This document shows, piece after piece, positions 61,716 to 64,000 of a stretch of 64,000 bases of DNA. Position numbers and translations under genes: made by a program. The DNA comes from an uncultured delta proteobacterium (lineage in GTDB: Bacteria > Desulfobacterota > Binatia > UBA9968), in assembly GCA_963728565.1 (NCBI GenBank), contig CAVSLC010000020.1, positions 1 to 64,000 of the forward strand. The letters are read 5' to 3'. Below the pieces are notes generated by a model that was not told the DNA's origin, did no database searches, and worked only from the letters and a program-made list of their open reading frames with translations. Every line of letters starts with the position of its first letter. The first letter of the stretch is position 1.

Positions 61716-62102
61716 ATGGATTATTTTCGCTTGGTCAGAGATTACCTCGGGATCCTAGCTCTCGTTCCTCTCCTGCTATTCGGAACTCAGTTTGCCGATG
61801 CCGCATCTTCATCTGCCGGTGAAACCAAAAAAATCGAGGCACTGATCCAGAATGTGAGAGATTTGAAAGACGCGACGTTTATCCGCAACGGCTCCGCGTA
61901 CAATTCCAAAAGCGCAGCCATCTTCCTGCGGCGCAAATGGCAAGCAAATCAATCCGAAGTAAAAACGGCCCGCGATTTTATTGATAAAGTCGCCAGTTTT
62001 TCCGGAACATCCGGGAAGCCTTACTTGATTCGTTTTAAAGATGGCAGAGAAGTCCACAGTCGCGACTTTCTGCTCGCTAGACTAAAATCCGCGGAGGGCT
62101 GA
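61716..62102 (+). CDS. Exported protein, DUF5329-like
   Basis: Signal-like N-terminus; FIRNG...LRRKW...TARDFIDKVASFS..SGKPY. Confidence 0.65.
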   Translation: MDYFRLVRDYLGILALVPLLLFGTQFADAASSSAGETKKIEALIQNVRDLKDATFIRNGSAYNSKSAAIFLRRKWQANQSEVKTARDFIDKVASFSGTSGKPYLIRFKDGREVHSRDFLLARLKSAEG

Positions 62103-62113
62103 TAATCTGAAGT

Positions 62114-62454
62114 ATGTCCGTCCTGGTGAAAACCACATTGCTGCTCGCAGCCTCGAATGTCTTTATGACTTTCGCTTGGTACGCCCACCTAAATAATCTA
62201 AATGATCGAAAGTGATACATTGCCGCCATAGCCCGCTGGGGATAGCCCCTCTTCGAATACCTGCTACAGGTGCCGGCAAACCGGATCGGCTACACTCAGT
62301 TAAGTCTGGCACGATCAAAATAACCCAGGAAGTGATCACCCTTGCGGTGTTTGTACCGTTTGCGGTGTTCTATATGCGCGAGCCGATCAAGCTCGATTAT
62401 CTATGATCGGGCCTATGCTTGTCAGGTGCGGTTTACTTCATCTTTCGGTCTTGA
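62114..62454 (+). pseudogene. DMT-family (DUF486-like) membrane protein pseudogene
   Basis: SNVFMTFAWYAHL, FEYLLQVPANRIG, QEVITL.VF; in-frame TGA at 62213 and 62404 plus frameshifts. Confidence 0.75.
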
Positions 62455-62459
62455 CGCGG

Positions 62460-63401
62460 TTAATTCTCTTGTGTGCCGAGAAATCTCTCCGCATCGATGG
62501 ATGCCATACAACCGGTGCCGGCGGCGGTAACGGCTTGGCGGTAAACATGATCCTGCACATCGCCGCACGCAAACACGCCAGGGATATTGGTCTGAGTGCC
62601 GTCATGAGTCAAGATATATCCGAGCGGATCTAGTTCCAGTTGCCCGGCAAACAGCTTTGAGTTGGGCTCGTGGCCGATTGCGATAAATACCCCGTCAACT
62701 TTGCGGTCCTCCGACTTACCGGTCTTGAGGTTCTTAAGCCTAACGCCCTTTACGCCACCGTTCTTAGGGTCGCCATAAATCTCATCGACAGCGCTATTCC
62801 AGGTAAATGATATTTTCGAATTCTTTTTAGCGCGGTCCTGCATGATTTTTGACGCGCGCAGAGCGTCGCGTCGATGTACGACGTTAACGCTTGACGCAAA
62901 CTTTGTCAGAAACGTTGCCTCTTCCATCGCTGTATCACCGCCGCCAACGACTACCAGGTCCTTGTCTTTAAAAAAGAACCCATCGCAGGTGGCGCACGCC
63001 GAGACGCCATGGCCCATCAGTTTGCTTTCAGATTCTAGTCCTAGCAATTTGGCGGTCGCGCCGGTGGCCACGATCAAAGCCTCGCATGTAAATGCGTTGT
63101 GACCGGCGAAGAGTTTGAACGGCCGTTGCTTGAGATCGACCGAGGTAACCTCGCCGAACATCACCTCCGTTCCGAAACGCACGGCTTGTTTCTTGAACGA
63201 TTCCATTAGCTCCGGGCCCATAATCCCATCCGGGAATCCGGGATAGTTTTCGACATCGGTCGTGATAGTGAGTTGGCCTCCAGGTTGAACCCCCTCAATA
63301 ACGAGCGGCTCGAGATTAGCGCGGGCGGCGTAGATCGCGGCAGTGAGACCGGCGGCGCCGGAGCCGAGAATGATCAGACGGTAGTGACTTTTTTTCTCCA
63401 T
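62460..63401 (-). CDS. trxB: Thioredoxin reductase
   Basis: [49 protein letters not shown]. Confidence 0.96.
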   Translation of the reverse strand: MEKKSHYRLIILGSGAAGLTAAIYAARANLEPLVIEGVQPGGQLTITTDVENYPGFPDGIMGPELMESFKKQAVRFGTEVMFGEVTSVDLKQRPFKLFAGHNAFTCEALIVATGATAKLLGLESESKLMGHGVSACATCDGFFFKDKDLVVVGGGDTAMEEATFLTKFASSVNVVHRRDALRASKIMQDRAKKNSKISFTWNSAVDEIYGDPKNGGVKGVRLKNLKTGKSEDRKVDGVFIAIGHEPNSKLFAGQLELDPLGYILTHDGTQTNIPGVFACGDVQDHVYRQAVTAAGTGCMASIDAERFLGTQEN

Positions 63402-63447
63402 GCGGTTTCTGTAACATAAAAGCCCAAGGGGAGAAAGCAAACGGATC

Positions 63448-63933
63448 ATGAGAAAGTTAAGCCACTTAGACGAGCAGGGACGCGCCAGAATGGTCGATGT
63501 CAGCGACAAGGCGGTAAGCCGACGAATCGCTGTTGCCCGCGGAGCAATTAGAATGCGCCCGGAAACTCTGGCGCTTATACTGGAAGACAAAATTGAAAAA
63601 GGAGACGTCTTTTCCGTCGCCAGAGTGGCTGGCATCATGGCCGCAAAAAAGACTTCGGAATTAATCCCGATGTGCCATCCACTGAACATCACCTCGGTGA
63701 AGATCAACCTAGATCCACAGGAAAAACCAGCTCGTGTCGAAATTGAAGCTGCGGTCAGCGTCGACGGCAAGACCGGCGTCGAAATGGAGGCAATGACGGC
63801 AGTATGCGTGGCTGGGCTGACGATTTACGACATGTGCAAAGCCGTCGACCGCGAAATGTCGATTAGCGAAATTCGCCTGATAGAAAAAAGCGGCGGCAAA
63901 AGCGGCGTCTTTATTCGCGACGAACAGCCATAG
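63448..63933 (+). CDS. moaC: Cyclic pyranopterin monophosphate synthase
   Basis: [30 protein letters not shown]. Confidence 0.96.
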   Translation: MRKLSHLDEQGRARMVDVSDKAVSRRIAVARGAIRMRPETLALILEDKIEKGDVFSVARVAGIMAAKKTSELIPMCHPLNITSVKINLDPQEKPARVEIEAAVSVDGKTGVEMEAMTAVCVAGLTIYDMCKAVDREMSISEIRLIEKSGGKSGVFIRDEQP

Positions 63934-64000
63934 ACCAACTGTTACTTGGCGCAACCCCAGCAAAACCCAAATAGATCCTCCTGAATCTTGCCTTTTGTCT

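Noticed and set aside
62114-62454. UGA=Trp recoding or selenocysteine
   Set aside because: TGA ends many intact genes in this window, TGG is used normally, and the gene also has frameshifts.
63402-63770. N-terminal extension of thioredoxin reductase (436-aa ORF)
   Set aside because: It is the antisense of moaC; the TrxB fold starts at MEKKSHY (63401).

Overview
A gene-dense bacterial chromosomal segment (GC roughly mid-50s %, estimated by eye) with about 65 CDS and no rRNA, tRNA, CRISPR, prophage or transposase that I can support. The many orphan Bug/TctC and SsuA/NMT1 solute-binding proteins, the UbiD paralogs and the rnj-ftsK-lolA-rimO order suggest a deltaproteobacteria-like diderm, possibly Candidatus Binatia (inference only). 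About a dozen genes, including ftsK, are split by single-base indels, most likely long-read sequencing errors. Layout: 1-14.8 kb aromatic/organic-acid catabolism genes; 15-17 kb a two-gene operon of a membrane-anchored peptidoglycan amidase and a MamK-like actin with no magnetosome or mreCD genes nearby (top candidate for an undescribed system); 21-27.7 kb a QseE/QseG/QseF (GlrK/YfhG/GlrR)-like triad next to sigma54-promoter genes; 28-41 kb housekeeping genes; 41.5-47.5 kb plus 54-56 kb a second candidate system, with a NarL-type two-component pair flanked by duplicated pairs of small exported KGGD-ending proteins and two paralogous Cys-rich outer-membrane barrels sharing a promoter/operator architecture. 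All family assignments come from motif recognition without database searches.
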